Source of the DNA: Pseudomonadota bacterium
GTDB lineage: Bacteria; Pseudomonadota; Gammaproteobacteria; Burkholderiales; Burkholderiaceae_C
NCBI GenBank assembly: GCA_040385065.1
Contig: JAZKIC010000027.1
Coordinates: 5,323-69,322 of the forward strand
Direction of reading: 5' to 3'
Length of the DNA: 64,000 nt
Within the stretch, counting starts at the first letter, position 1. Every line of letters starts with the position of its first letter. Of this stretch, positions 1 through 10,499 are shown piece after piece. Both the position numbers and the translations under genes were made by a program. Below the pieces are notes generated by a model, which was not told the DNA's origin, did no database searches, and worked only from the letters and a program-made list of their open reading frames with translations.

Positions 1-107
1 ATAGATTGAAAGAGTCCAGATTCTGGACTTGAGTGCAGTCTGGGTCCGGCCTAACGTGACACCAGCCCACGCATGTCGCGCAGGCACTGCCCATCAGGAG
101 AGTCCCC

Positions 108-992
108 ATGGTCGAAACACTTTCGTCACCGTCAACCGCCGCAACTTTCGATCCCGAAAAGTTCCGCGCAACCACCCGGACCCAATGGGAGGCGGCAGCA
201 CAAGCTTGGGACCACTGGTCGCCCCTGCTGTCGCGCTGGCTTGGTTCTGCCACTGAAGCGATGTTGGACGCGGCAGGCGTTGTGCCCGGCGCCCGCGTTC
301 TCGACATTGCCGCGGGTGCGGGCGAGCAGACGCTGGTTGCCGCGCGCCGGGTCGGTCCGTCGGGATCGGTACTCGCCACCGACATTTCGCCCACCATCCT
401 TCGCTTTGCCCTGGAGGCCGCAAGGAAGGCAGGATTTGAGAATGTCCAGACGCAGGAGCTCGACGGTGAGCGTCACGACCAGTTACCGAAGGGCTGCTTC
501 GACGCGGCGATTTCTCGTGTCGGCCTGATTTACTTTCCTGATCAGCAGCGCGCACTCGCCGGCATCCTGCACGCTTTGCGCCCAGGAGGTCGATTTGCCG
601 CGGTGGTGTACTCGACCCCAGAGCGGAACGCTTTTTTTGCACTTCCCGTCGGAATCATTCGACGCCGCGCGCAGTTGCCGCCGCCGCTGCCGGGCCAGCC
701 CGGACCGTTTTCGCTGGGTGGCGAGGGCGTGCTGCACCGCCTGCTTGATCAGGCGGGTCTACGTGACGTACAGGTCAGAAAGGTTGACTCGCCGCTTCGT
801 TTGACGACTGCGGCCGAGTGCGTGCGCTTTGAGCGCGAGTCGTTCGGCGCTCTGCTGCAGATGATGTCGGGAATGACTCAGGAGGGACACGACGCCACGT
901 GGGCAGAAATCGAAAGCACCCTTGCCCGGTTCGAGACCCCGGAAGGTTTCGTCGGCCCGTGCGAAATGCTGATCGGAAGCGGTACGCGCTGA
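108..992 (+). CDS. class I SAM-dependent methyltransferase
   Basis: 294-aa ORF. SAM-binding motif I VLDIAAGAGEQT, acidic loop LATDIS, and later LRPGGRF motif typical of the Methyltransf_11/25 fold. Confidence 0.75.
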   Translation: MVETLSSPSTAATFDPEKFRATTRTQWEAAAQAWDHWSPLLSRWLGSATEAMLDAAGVVPGARVLDIAAGAGEQTLVAARRVGPSGSVLATDISPTILRFALEAARKAGFENVQTQELDGERHDQLPKGCFDAAISRVGLIYFPDQQRALAGILHALRPGGRFAAVVYSTPERNAFFALPVGIIRRRAQLPPPLPGQPGPFSLGGEGVLHRLLDQAGLRDVQVRKVDSPLRLTTAAECVRFERESFGALLQMMSGMTQEGHDATWAEIESTLARFETPEGFVGPCEMLIGSGTR

Positions 993-1170
993 CGCCAGCG
1001 CTCGCGGCGCGGTGCGTCGACAGGCGAGCCAGGCATTAACGTTCATCCACCAGCGCGAATGCATGTCTGCCTCGATCAATCCCACGGGGTTCGATAAACC
1101 CCTTACACCGCCCGCGACGGCGTTTGGGTGACGCGGTCGCAACCGTCGCAACACCCATCGTGGGCCAAGC

Positions 1171-2124
1171 TCAAGCGCAGAAACGCTGGCGCGCAGCTTC
1201 GTATTCCCCGCGCAGTTGCGCCACGTAGGCGCCGGCGCTCTGCCGTTTGGTGACAGCGCCGATGCCCTGTCCGCAACCCCAGATGTCCTTCCAGGCTTTC
1301 TTGGCATCGCCACCAAAATTCATCTTGGTTGGATCGCTGTCAGGCAGGTTCTCGGGGTCGAGCCCGGCAGCGCGAATCGAGGGGGCGAGATAGTTTCCGT
1401 GCACGCCTGTGAAGAGGTTGCTGTAAACGATGTCGTCGGAATCACCGTCGACGATAGCCTGCTTGTAGTCATCGTTGGCGCGCGCTTCATCGGTCGCGAT
1501 GAAGGCCGAACCGATGTACGCGAAGTCGGCGCCCATGGCCTGTGCCGCGAGCACCGCGCCGCCCGTGGAGATTGAACCTGACAAGGCAAGAGGTCCATCG
1601 AACCACTGGCGAATTTCCTGGATCAGTGCGAACGGGCTCTTGACGCCTGCATGCCCGCCAGCGCCTGCAGCAACCGCGACCAGGCCGTCAGCGCCCTTCT
1701 CTATCGCCTTGTGTGCGAACTTGTTGTTGATGATGTCGTGAAGCACTACTCCGCCATAACTGTGGGCGGCTGCGTTGATGTCTTCGCGCGCACCCAGCGA
1801 CGTAATGATGACCGGCACCTTGTATTTGACGCACAGCCCCATGTCATGCTCGAGCCGGTCGTTGGATTTATGGACGATCTGGTTGATCGCAAACGGCGCA
1901 GCGGGACGGTCGGGATGTGCACGGTCATGCGCAGCCAGCGTTTCCGTGATTTCTGCCAGCCAGTCTTCGAGCTGCGAAGCTGGCCTGGCATTCAGTGCGG
2001 GCATTGCGCCCACGACACCGGCGATGCATTGCGCAACCACCAGCTTGGGATTGCTGATGATGAAAAGCGGCGAACCGATGATGGGGAGCGGCAGGTTGTT
2101 CAGCGCGCCGGGGAGTCTCGACAT
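1171..2124 (-). CDS. nitronate monooxygenase (2-nitropropane dioxygenase-like) family protein
   Basis: 317-aa ORF. FMN TIM-barrel motifs: IIGSPLFIISNPKLV, GADGLVAVAAGAGGHAG, LSGSISTGG, GADFAYIGSAF. Confidence 0.8.
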   Translation of the reverse strand: MSRLPGALNNLPLPIIGSPLFIISNPKLVVAQCIAGVVGAMPALNARPASQLEDWLAEITETLAAHDRAHPDRPAAPFAINQIVHKSNDRLEHDMGLCVKYKVPVIITSLGAREDINAAAHSYGGVVLHDIINNKFAHKAIEKGADGLVAVAAGAGGHAGVKSPFALIQEIRQWFDGPLALSGSISTGGAVLAAQAMGADFAYIGSAFIATDEARANDDYKQAIVDGDSDDIVYSNLFTGVHGNYLAPSIRAAGLDPENLPDSDPTKMNFGGDAKKAWKDIWGCGQGIGAVTKRQSAGAYVAQLRGEYEAARQRFCA

Positions 2125-2222
2125 ATTTTTGTTCTTCCGTTCTGGTTTTTCTGGGTGGAGCGGGAGACCTTATGGACCTCCCCGGCAGGGCACGTTTGCG
2201 GCGTTTAAGCCTCGTTCAAGCC

Positions 2223-4025
2223 TTAGAAGGCCTCGAGCGCCAGACCTGTCACGCTGTCCGCGCCTTCGACAATGCTGTCCCGCACGCCCGGCGCCTTGCT
2301 CAGCAAGTGGTCGGCATAAAAGCGCGCGGTGGTGATCTTGGCCTTCATGAAGTCCGCGCCAAACAATCCGGCATCACCCCCGGCCAGTGCGCGTTGCGCG
2401 ACCAACAGTGAACGCGCCATCTGCCAGCCGGCCACGACGTTGCCAGCCAGCATGAGATAGGGAACGCTGCCCGCGAACACGGCGTTCGGCGACGCCTTGG
2501 TGTTGCCTGCGACGAATTCCACGACATCGAGAAAAGCCTGGCGCGCTGCACCCAGCCGCTTGGCCACAGCCAGCGCTTCCGTACTCCCCTGCGCGAGCAG
2601 ATCGCGCTCCGTCGCTTCGATCTGGGCCGCAATGGCGCGGGCCGTCTGGCCGCCATCGCGTGCGGTTTTGCGCCCAACCAGGTCGTTGGCCTGGATCGCC
2701 GTGGTGCCTTCGTAGATGGTCAGGATTTTCGAGTCGCGATAGTGCTGTGCAGCGCCGGTCTCTTCGATGAAACCCATGCCGCCGTGAACCTGCACGGCAA
2801 GCGAAGTGACTTCCTGGCTCATCTCGGTGCTGTAGCCCTTGACCAGCGGCACCATGAATTCATAGAAAGCCAGGTTCTGTTTGCGCACCTCTGCATCGGG
2901 GTGATGGTGGGAGGCGTCGTAAGCGGCAGCGGCTACCGTCGCCATGGCGCGGCAGCCTTCGATGTAGGCGCGCATGGTCATCAGCATGCGGCGTACATCG
3001 GGGTGGTGAATGATCGGTCCACTGCCGGGCAAGGAGCCATCAACCGGACGGCTCTGCACGCGGTCCTTCGCAAATTGCACGGCCTGCTGGTAGGCCCGTT
3101 CGGCAATCGCCACGCCCTGCATTCCTACCGCATAGCGTGCCGCGTTCATCATGATGAACATGTATTCGAGGCCGCGGTTCTCCTGGCCGACGAGGTAGCC
3201 CACGGCGCCGCCATGGTCGCCGAACTGCAGTACCGCCGTCGGGCTGGCCTTGATGCCCAGCTTGTGCTCGATGCTCACGCAATGGACGTCGTTGCGCGCA
3301 CCCAGCGCGCCATCGGCATTGACCATGAACTTGGGCACGACAAACAGGCTGATGCCCTTGACGCCGGGAGGCGCGCCGGTGACGCGGGCCAGCACCAGAT
3401 GGACGATGTTCTCGGCCATGTCGTGTTCGCCGTAGGTGATGTAGATCTTGGTGCCGAAGACTTTGTAGCTTCCATCAGGCTGCGGCTCTGCGCGCGTGCG
3501 CACCGCCGCCAGATCGGAGCCGGCCTGTGGCTCGGTGAGATTCATGGTGCCGGTCCACTGGCCGGTCACCAGCTTCTCAAGATAAAGCGCTTTGAGTTCG
3601 TCGGATCCTGCGGTGAGCAGCGCTTCGATCGCGCCATCCGTGAGCATGGGGCACAAGGCAAAACTCAGGCTGGCGGAATTGAGCATTTCGCCGCAAGCGG
3701 CGCCAATCGTCTTGGGCAAGCCTTGACCGCCGTATTCCGCGGGATGTTGCAGTCCCTGCCAGCCGCCCTCGGCATATTGCTTGAACGCTTCCTTGAAACC
3801 TGGCGTGGTCGTGACTACGCCGTTTTTCCAGCTGGACGGGTTCTTGTCGCCTTCCCAGTTCAGCGGCGCCACGATGCCTTCGGAAAACTTCGCACACTCT
3901 TCAAGGACGGCCTGCGCGGTCTCGAACCCGGCGTCCTGAAAGGCAGGTATCTTGGCAATCTCGTCGATGGCGGCCAAATGCCGGATATCGAACAGCATGT
4001 CCTTGACGGGGGCGGTGTAGCTCAT
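2223..4025 (-). CDS. acyl-CoA dehydrogenase, long form with C-terminal extension
   Basis: 600-aa ORF. ACAD motifs PAEYGGQGLP, TEPQAGSDL, KIYITYGEHD, QVHGGMGFIEETGAAQHYRD, plus an extra C-terminal domain. Lies directly downstream of etfBA on the same strand. Confidence 0.85.
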   Translation of the reverse strand: MSYTAPVKDMLFDIRHLAAIDEIAKIPAFQDAGFETAQAVLEECAKFSEGIVAPLNWEGDKNPSSWKNGVVTTTPGFKEAFKQYAEGGWQGLQHPAEYGGQGLPKTIGAACGEMLNSASLSFALCPMLTDGAIEALLTAGSDELKALYLEKLVTGQWTGTMNLTEPQAGSDLAAVRTRAEPQPDGSYKVFGTKIYITYGEHDMAENIVHLVLARVTGAPPGVKGISLFVVPKFMVNADGALGARNDVHCVSIEHKLGIKASPTAVLQFGDHGGAVGYLVGQENRGLEYMFIMMNAARYAVGMQGVAIAERAYQQAVQFAKDRVQSRPVDGSLPGSGPIIHHPDVRRMLMTMRAYIEGCRAMATVAAAAYDASHHHPDAEVRKQNLAFYEFMVPLVKGYSTEMSQEVTSLAVQVHGGMGFIEETGAAQHYRDSKILTIYEGTTAIQANDLVGRKTARDGGQTARAIAAQIEATERDLLAQGSTEALAVAKRLGAARQAFLDVVEFVAGNTKASPNAVFAGSVPYLMLAGNVVAGWQMARSLLVAQRALAGGDAGLFGADFMKAKITTARFYADHLLSKAPGVRDSIVEGADSVTGLALEAF

Positions 4026-4089
4026 GGTTGTCTCTCCAAAGGGTGTGCGGCAGCTGCCTTACAGGCAATCTTGGGCGGGATGAGTGGCG

Positions 4090-4117
4090 AAAAAAAAGGC
4101 ACCCCTAGGATGCCCTT
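4090..4117 (-). terminator. rho-independent terminator downstream of etfA
   Basis: The minus strand reads GGGCAUCCUAGGGGUGCC followed by U8: a 7-8 bp stem with one G-U pair, then a T-tract, about 15 nt after the etfA stop. Confidence 0.55.
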
Positions 4118-4131
4118 TTGCCCACTTCGAT

Positions 4132-5064
4132 CTAGAGCGCAGCAGTCAGTTCAGGGATCGCGGCGAACAGGTCTGCCTCCAGGCCGTAGTCCGCGACGCT
4201 AAAGATCGGCGCTTCAGCGTCCTTGTTGATCGCGACGATGACCTTGCTGTCCTTCATGCCGGCCAGGTGCTGGATGGCGCCCGAAATGCCGGCCGCGATG
4301 TACAACTGCGGCGCGACGATCTTGCCGGTCTGGCCGACCTGCCAGTCGTTGGGTGCGTAGCCGGCATCGACCGCTGCGCGAGAGGCGCCAAGCGCAGCGC
4401 CGAGCTTGTCGGCCAGCGGCGTCATGACTTCGTTGAACTTTTCCATGCTGCCCAGCGCCCGGCCACCGCTGACGATGATCTTGGCGGCAGTGAGTTCGGG
4501 CCGGTCGCTCTTGGCGATTTCGCTGCCCATGAAACTCGACTTGCCGCTGTCGGCCACGCCGGCTTGCACATCTACTGCGGCCGAGCCGCCGGTTGCAGCT
4601 GCAGGATCGAACCCGGTCGTGCGCACCGTGATGACTTTGGTCGCGTCCAGGCTCTGCACCGTGGCTATTGCGTTGCCCGCGTAGATCGGCCGCTCGAAGG
4701 TGTCGGGGCTGTCGACCTTGGTGATGTCGGAAATCTGCCCGACGTCCAGCGTTGCGGCTACGCGCGGCGCGATGTTCTTGCCTGACGCGGTTGCAGGAAA
4801 GAGTATGTGCGAGTAGTTGCTGGCAAGGGCCAGCACCTGGGCGGCCATGTTCTCGGCAAGGCCATGCTCGAAATGCGCGCCATCGGCGTGGATGACCTTG
4901 GCGACGCCAGCGATCTGGCTGGCCGCCTGCGCCGCCGGGCCTGCGTTAAATCCTGCCACCAGCACGTGGACTTCGCCGCCGCACTGGGAGGCGGCGGTGA
5001 CGGTGTTGAGGGTTGCGGGCTTGAGGCTCGCGTTATCGTGTTCGGCAATGACAAGTGCGGCCAT
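4132..5064 (-). CDS. etfA: electron transfer flavoprotein subunit alpha
   Basis: 310-aa ORF. C-terminal FAD-binding signature [35 protein letters not shown]. Confidence 0.9.
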   Translation of the reverse strand: MAALVIAEHDNASLKPATLNTVTAASQCGGEVHVLVAGFNAGPAAQAASQIAGVAKVIHADGAHFEHGLAENMAAQVLALASNYSHILFPATASGKNIAPRVAATLDVGQISDITKVDSPDTFERPIYAGNAIATVQSLDATKVITVRTTGFDPAAATGGSAAVDVQAGVADSGKSSFMGSEIAKSDRPELTAAKIIVSGGRALGSMEKFNEVMTPLADKLGAALGASRAAVDAGYAPNDWQVGQTGKIVAPQLYIAAGISGAIQHLAGMKDSKVIVAINKDAEAPIFSVADYGLEADLFAAIPELTAAL

Positions 5065-5813
5065 CAGATCACCTTCGCTTCGTTCTTGAGTTTGTCGACC
5101 AGCGCGGCCACGTCGGCCACCTTCACGCCAGCGCTGCGCTTGGGCGGCTCGCTGACCTTGAGCGTCTTGATGCGCGGCTTGACGTCAACGCCGAGGTCCT
5201 CGGGCTTGACGATGTCCATCTGCTTTTTCTTGGCCTTCATGATGTTGGGCAAGGTGACGTAACGCGGCTCATTCAGGCGCAGGTCGGTCGTGATGACTGC
5301 TGGCAGCGTCAGGGACAGCGTCTCGGAGCCGCCGTCGACTTCGCGGCTCACCACAGCCTTGCCATCGGCAATCTCGACCTTCGAGGCAAACGTGGCCTGC
5401 GGCCAGCCGAGCAGCGCGGCCAGCATCTGGCCGGTCTGGTTGCAGTCGTCGTCGATAGCCTGCTTGCCGAGGATCACGAGCTGGGGCTGCTCCTTGTCGA
5501 CCAGCGCCTTGAGCAGCTTGGCAACGGCCAGCGGCTGCAGCTCTTCGGCGGTGTCGACCAGGATGGCGCGGTCCGCGCCGATGGCCATGGCAGTGCGCAG
5601 CGTTTCCTGGCACTGCGTCACGCCGCAGCTGACGGCGATAACTTCGGTGACGGCACCCTTTTCTTTCAGGCGCGTGGCTTCTTCCACCGCGATTTCGTCA
5701 AAAGGGTTCATGCTCATCTTGACGTTGGCGATGTCTACACCGCTGCCATCGGACTTCACGCGCACCTTGACGTTGTAGTCAACCACACGCTTGACGGGTA
5801 CCAAAACCTTCAT
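5064..5813 (-). CDS. etfB: electron transfer flavoprotein subunit beta
   Basis: 249-aa ORF starting [19 protein letters not shown], typical of EtfB. Overlaps the etfA start by 1 nt. Confidence 0.9.
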   Translation of the reverse strand: MKVLVPVKRVVDYNVKVRVKSDGSGVDIANVKMSMNPFDEIAVEEATRLKEKGAVTEVIAVSCGVTQCQETLRTAMAIGADRAILVDTAEELQPLAVAKLLKALVDKEQPQLVILGKQAIDDDCNQTGQMLAALLGWPQATFASKVEIADGKAVVSREVDGGSETLSLTLPAVITTDLRLNEPRYVTLPNIMKAKKKQMDIVKPEDLGVDVKPRIKTLKVSEPPKRSAGVKVADVAALVDKLKNEAKVI

Positions 5814-5839
5814 TGCAGGTCTCCAGAGTTTCGAAATTG

Positions 5840-5855
5840 ACGTTTACGTAAACGT
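5840..5855. promoter_or_regulatory. perfect 16-bp palindrome ACGTTTACGTAAACGT, candidate operator upstream of etfB
   Basis: Read directly from the sequence. Lies in a local AT-rich patch 26 nt upstream of the etfB start codon. Confidence 0.4.
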
Positions 5856-6047
5856 AATCTGCATTATATGCAGGCGTACTACCGGCGCCGTGCGGCCGAC
5901 GCTGAACTCAGCCGATCCGACACACGACGCGAAAAAATTTCAACCGACCGGATAAAAACGAACGACCGTTCTTTTTTATTATAGGACTAGCCCACTCAAG
6001 CGCCAAGCACATGATTTGGGATTTTCCATCCCAATGCCATTTTGCCG

Positions 6048-7427
6048 TCACACAGCCGGTTGCGCGCCAGGGGCAATATCCTGCCCCGGCATGGGGACTG
6101 CGAGGGGGCTGACCACTTCATCCGCTTTTGGCAAGCGGCCACCCGCCGCATGAATGACCCGCTGGGGAAAGGGAATCTCGATCCCATGCGTTCGCAAGGA
6201 CTGCAGAATCATCAGGTTGATGCATGAGCGCAGATTTTGCTGGCCATTTTCGGGGTCGCACATACAGTAGTTCAGCGTGAACTCGAGCCCATCGGCGCCA
6301 AAATTGGTCAGATTGACGGAAGGCGGAGGGTCCACAAGCACGCGCTCCTGTCCTATGGCGGCTTCGCTCAGCAAGCGCATGACCAATTCGGGGTCGCTGT
6401 CGTACGCCACAGAAACCACCGTCGTCTGCGAAACCCGGGTGTCCGTGAGGGAAAGGTTCTCGATCCGGTTGCTGATGAACATCTCATTTGGCACGATGGA
6501 CTCGCGGCCCGACAGAGCGCGCACGACCGTGTAGCGGGCATTGATATCCGTGATCCGCCCTTCGAATCCATCGATGCGAACGTTGTCGCCTATGCGCACG
6601 CTGCGTTCGGCAAGTATCACGAAACCACTGACGTAGCTCGCCGCCAGCTTCTGCAAGCCAAACCCGATGCCGACGCCGACAGCACCGCCGAGGACCGACA
6701 GTGCGGTGAGGTCGATGCCCACGGCCGACAGCGCCACCAGCAGACCGACAAAGACCAGCAAGGCACGCAAAGCGTTGCTCACCGCCTTGCGAAGCGACAA
6801 ATCGTTGCCGGTGGCCGAGCGAAGCAGGCGCGCCTCCAGCGCCGACGAAATCCAGAGCGCGACGATGAGCACAGCGCCAGCCGTCAGCGAACCCTCGATC
6901 ACGGTACGAACCGAAAGGGTCGTGGTGCCCACGTGCCACTTGATGGCGTCGAGCTCTTCGAGGATGAGAGGCAAAAGGCCGCTGACCCAAAGCGCCATGG
7001 CGATCCATGCGAGCCAGGAGATCGTGCGCTCGAGTGCCCGAACGACCGGCGCATTCGTGAAGACCACCTGAAGGACCTTGACGCCAGACCGGATCACGGC
7101 CAAGGCCACAAGCACCGGCACCGCAACCTTGAACACCACCAGCGGAATGAACTGAAGCAGCAACAACCGTGCAGCGTAGGCCAGGCAAAGCAGGAGCAAG
7201 GGAAACAGGACGCCGTCCACAATTCGGCGGCCAAAGACAATAGCAGCTGTGTGCTCCGGGTCCAGAGCGCGCCGCGCGACTCGGCAGATCAGCCAGGCCA
7301 AGCCCACGCACGCCAGCAGCACCGCCAGTTCGACCAAGGCTGCGGGCTGCGCCAGCGCGACAAACCAGGCCTGAAAGTTATCAAGCGTTGCGGCTGGCGC
7401 CGCCATGTTCTTGCCAGAATCGGCCAT
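6048..7427 (-). CDS. mechanosensitive ion channel (MscS) family protein
   Basis: 459-aa ORF. Several N-terminal TM helices, then the MscS core LSVLGGAVGVGIGFGLQKLAASYVSGFVILAERSVRIGDNV and a beta-domain. Confidence 0.8.
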   Translation of the reverse strand: MADSGKNMAAPAATLDNFQAWFVALAQPAALVELAVLLACVGLAWLICRVARRALDPEHTAAIVFGRRIVDGVLFPLLLLCLAYAARLLLLQFIPLVVFKVAVPVLVALAVIRSGVKVLQVVFTNAPVVRALERTISWLAWIAMALWVSGLLPLILEELDAIKWHVGTTTLSVRTVIEGSLTAGAVLIVALWISSALEARLLRSATGNDLSLRKAVSNALRALLVFVGLLVALSAVGIDLTALSVLGGAVGVGIGFGLQKLAASYVSGFVILAERSVRIGDNVRIDGFEGRITDINARYTVVRALSGRESIVPNEMFISNRIENLSLTDTRVSQTTVVSVAYDSDPELVMRLLSEAAIGQERVLVDPPPSVNLTNFGADGLEFTLNYCMCDPENGQQNLRSCINLMILQSLRTHGIEIPFPQRVIHAAGGRLPKADEVVSPLAVPMPGQDIAPGAQPAV

Positions 7428-7535
7428 AGGAATCCAGAGGTTCGAAAAAAGATGTTGCGGCGAGAGGTGGCGAAAGGTGGCGAAGGGCGGCGGGGGCTGA
7501 TCAACCGGCCCGAAGCGCTCCTGCCCTGCCAGGGC

Positions 7536-8489
7536 CTAGAGATCAGCAAGCACGCGAACGTGCGCCTCCACGCTGCGGCCCAGCGCACTAAGGTTGTAGC
7601 CTCCTTCGAGTGAAGAGACGATGCGTCCTTTGGCATGCCGGACCGCCACGTCCTTGATCCGCTGCGTGATCCACGCGTAGTCCTGCTCGACCAGCCCCAT
7701 CTGGCCCAGATCGTCTTCGCGGTGCGCGTCGAATCCCGCACTGATAAAGATCATCTCGGGCTTGAACTCTTCAAGCCGGGGAATCCACATCGACTCGATC
7801 AACTCGCGCACTTCCATCCCTTTGGTATAGGGCGGAACCGGCAGGTTGACCATGTTGCTCTGCTGGTCTTCGGTGCCCGTGAACGGGTACAGCGGATGCT
7901 GGAAAAAGCTCACCATCAATATGCGGTTGTCGCCGCCGATGATGTCCTGCGTTCCGTTGCCGTGGTGCACGTCGAAATCGACAATTGCCACGCGCTTGAG
8001 GCCATGCCGCTCCAGCGCGTACTTGGCCGCGACGGCTATGTTGTTGAAAAAACAAAAGCCCATTGCCTTGTCGCGGCAGGCGTGGTGGCCCGGCGGGCGC
8101 ACCGCGCAAAAGGCGTTTTCCATCTCGCCAGCCATCACGGCGTCCGTGGCCGCTAGAACCGCGCCAGCGGCATGCAGCGCCGCCGACCAGGTGTATTGAT
8201 TCAACGCAGTGTCGGGGTCGACCTGCAAATGCGACGGACCACCGGCCGCGATCTCGTCGGCGACCTGGTCGCTGAGGCCGCGCAGGCCAGCGACGAACAT
8301 TCGCCCGTGCGCGAGCTCAATGTCCGCCAGCGGCGCCTCGGGCGCATCCCGGCGATCCAGGGCGTCGATGACGCCCGTGATGAGCAGCCGGTCTTCGATC
8401 GCCGCCAAGCGCTCGGGGCACTCCGGATGGCCCTCGCCCATCTCGTGTTTCCTGCAATCCTGATGGGTAAAAAAACCGGTCGAGTTCAT
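7536..8489 (-). CDS. histone deacetylase-family (HDAC-like) amidohydrolase
   Basis: 317-aa ORF. Motifs HPECPERL, RPPGHHA, DFDVHHGNGTQ, GFDAH and LEGGYN (class II HDAC / AcuC-like zinc site). Confidence 0.85.
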   Translation of the reverse strand: MNSTGFFTHQDCRKHEMGEGHPECPERLAAIEDRLLITGVIDALDRRDAPEAPLADIELAHGRMFVAGLRGLSDQVADEIAAGGPSHLQVDPDTALNQYTWSAALHAAGAVLAATDAVMAGEMENAFCAVRPPGHHACRDKAMGFCFFNNIAVAAKYALERHGLKRVAIVDFDVHHGNGTQDIIGGDNRILMVSFFQHPLYPFTGTEDQQSNMVNLPVPPYTKGMEVRELIESMWIPRLEEFKPEMIFISAGFDAHREDDLGQMGLVEQDYAWITQRIKDVAVRHAKGRIVSSLEGGYNLSALGRSVEAHVRVLADL

Positions 8490-8517
8490 GAAAAATATTT
8501 GCGGTAAGGTTGCCGGA

Positions 8518-9438
8518 ATGAACGCAAGAACAAAGATCGAATCGCTTCTAAATCAGCTTAACACGGTGATCGTGGGCAAGCCCTCTCAAGTCAGGGATTG
8601 CGTCGGCTGTCTGCTGGCGGGTGGGCATTTGCTCATCGAGGACGTCCCTGGCGTGGGCAAAACCACGCTGGCACACGCGCTGGCCCGCTCGTTCGGGCTG
8701 GAGTTTTCGCGCGTGCAGTTCACGGCAGACTTGATGCCCAGCGACCTCTCCGGCGTCTCGGTGTATGAACGCCAGAAAGAAGCGTTCATCTTCCACCCCG
8801 GCCCGATCTTCGCCCAGGTCCTGCTGGCCGATGAGATCAACCGGGCCAGCCCCAAGACGCAGAGCGCACTGCTGGAGGCCATGGAAGAAAAGCAGGTGAC
8901 GATCGAAGGGCAAACCCGTCCGCTGCCCTTGCCCTTCTTCGTGATCGCCACACAAAACCCCCACGACCAGTCCGGCACCTACAGCCTGCCTGAATCGCAG
9001 TTGGACCGCTTTCACATGCGCATCTCGCTGGGCTATCCCGACCGCGCTTCCGAGCGGGCGCTGCTGCAGGGTGATGACCGCCGCGAAATGGCGGGAAATC
9101 TGCAGGCCGTTATTTCCCTGGCTGAACTTCATGCCCTGCAGCAGGCAGTACAGGCAGTTCACGCGGCCGAACCGCTGCTGGACTACCTCCAGGACCTGAT
9201 GGCCGCGACACGTTCGGGCCAGTGGTTCGTCCAGGGCCTGAGCCCGCGTGCCGCCATCGCCGTGATGCGGGCCGCGCGGGCACAAGCTTTCCTCAATGGC
9301 CGTGACTATGTGGCGCCAGACGATCTGGTGGCGATATTCGCGCAGACCACCGCACACCGGCTGACGCCGACCGCCAATTCCGGCAGAGGCTCGGTCGAAC
9401 AGGTTCGCGCAATGCTGGAGGCCATCGCCCTGCCATGA
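8518..9438 (+). CDS. MoxR-like AAA+ ATPase
   Basis: Walker A GVPGVGKTTLA, Walker B LLADEINRA, sensor region FFVIATQNP. Start taken at the ATG at 8518, because the ORF-track start at 8488 overlaps the divergent HDAC start codon. Confidence 0.85.
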   Translation: MNARTKIESLLNQLNTVIVGKPSQVRDCVGCLLAGGHLLIEDVPGVGKTTLAHALARSFGLEFSRVQFTADLMPSDLSGVSVYERQKEAFIFHPGPIFAQVLLADEINRASPKTQSALLEAMEEKQVTIEGQTRPLPLPFFVIATQNPHDQSGTYSLPESQLDRFHMRISLGYPDRASERALLQGDDRREMAGNLQAVISLAELHALQQAVQAVHAAEPLLDYLQDLMAATRSGQWFVQGLSPRAAIAVMRAARAQAFLNGRDYVAPDDLVAIFAQTTAHRLTPTANSGRGSVEQVRAMLEAIALP

Positions 9439-10499
9439 GCATTGTCCAAGCCGTGGCATCCGCACCGGTCAGCCGGCCTGAGCGGGCCAGCCCCCGCACG
9501 TGGTGGAATCGCTTGAAGTCTGCCAGCCGCCAGCACTTCATCAACCGCCTGCCCCGATCGGACACTCTGCTGCTGACTCAGCGCAACGTGGGCATCCTGC
9601 CGACGCGTGCCGGTCTGATGATGGGGCTGACGCTGGTGGTGCTGCTGCTCGCGTCTATCAATTACCAGCTCAACCTCGGCTATCTGCTCACCTTCATGCT
9701 CGCCGGCAGCGCACTGGTGGGCATGCACGTGGGGCATGCGACGCTGCGTGGCCTGAACCTTCACGTCACCCCACCCGCGCCCCAGCATGCCAACACAACA
9801 GCGCTTTTTGAAGTACGACTGACCAACGCGCGCAGGACGACACGGCACGGCATCGGACTATGCGTCGTGGACGACTCGGTGGCAGGGCCTAACGCCAACT
9901 GGTCGTGGACCGATGTGCCCGCCCTGGACAGCAGCGTCGTGCGGCTGGCGTTTGCGCCTGCATCACGCGGACTGCATCCGCTCCCGCCCCTGAGCGCCGA
10001 AACCCGCTTCCCGCTGGGCACATTCCGCGTCTGGACGTTCTGGCGCCCGGCCGCCCAGCTCCTGGTCTACCCCGAAGTCGAAAAGCAGGCGCCTCCGCTG
10101 CCCTGGGGCGAGTCGGCCGAGGGACAGGCCGGCGCGTCGCCGCAACACCAAGAGCAACCCGAATTCGATGGCCTGCGGGCCTGGCGCAGAGGTGACCGGA
10201 TGCGCCAGGTCGTCTGGAAAAAGGCGGCCAAAGGGCATAGCAGTGGAGGCGAGCTCGTGGTGCGCGACTCGGAACAGTCAGCGCGCTCGACCCTCTGGCT
10301 GGACAGCCGCCGTGCAGGCCTGGCAGACGCAGTCGGGCACGCTGGCGTCGAGCTTGCACTGTCTCGCCTGTGCGCCTGGGTGGTCGAAGCCGAACGGCGC
10401 GGGCTGCTCTACGGCCTGCGCCTGCCCGGCGTGACGCTGCCGCCCGGCCAGGGGACCGTCCATCAGCGAAATTGCCTGGAGGCACTGGCGCTGTGGTGA
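9435..10499 (+). CDS. DUF58 domain-containing protein
   Basis: 354-aa ORF. Two N-terminal TM helices, then a DUF58-like core (FDGLRAWRRGDRMRQVVWK). ATGA overlap with the moxR stop. Confidence 0.8.
   Translation: MSIVQAVASAPVSRPERASPRTWWNRLKSASRQHFINRLPRSDTLLLTQRNVGILPTRAGLMMGLTLVVLLLASINYQLNLGYLLTFMLAGSALVGMHVGHATLRGLNLHVTPPAPQHANTTALFEVRLTNARRTTRHGIGLCVVDDSVAGPNANWSWTDVPALDSSVVRLAFAPASRGLHPLPPLSAETRFPLGTFRVWTFWRPAAQLLVYPEVEKQAPPLPWGESAEGQAGASPQHQEQPEFDGLRAWRRGDRMRQVVWKKAAKGHSSGGELVVRDSEQSARSTLWLDSRRAGLADAVGHAGVELALSRLCAWVVEAERRGLLYGLRLPGVTLPPGQGTVHQRNCLEALALW

Noticed and set aside
2742-4202. 486-aa plus-strand ORF
   Set aside because: It lies entirely antisense to the acyl-CoA dehydrogenase gene. 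The translation is Arg/Gly/His/Ala-rich with no motifs. This is the typical shadow ORF of high-GC DNA.
6237-7613. 458-aa plus-strand ORF
   Set aside because: It lies antisense to the MscS-family gene. The composition is low-complexity and Arg/Gln/His-rich. The MscS frame has clear TM periodicity and family motifs.
10370-10495. Upstream extensions of ORFs: 10370 for the transglutaminase gene, 13710 for the GH1-like gene, 8488 for moxR, 46250..48127 for the ligase, and others
   Set aside because: The extensions overlap the preceding genes or start codons and encode Arg/Pro-rich sequence. Internal starts give homology-like N-termini, SD sequences or stop/start coupling.
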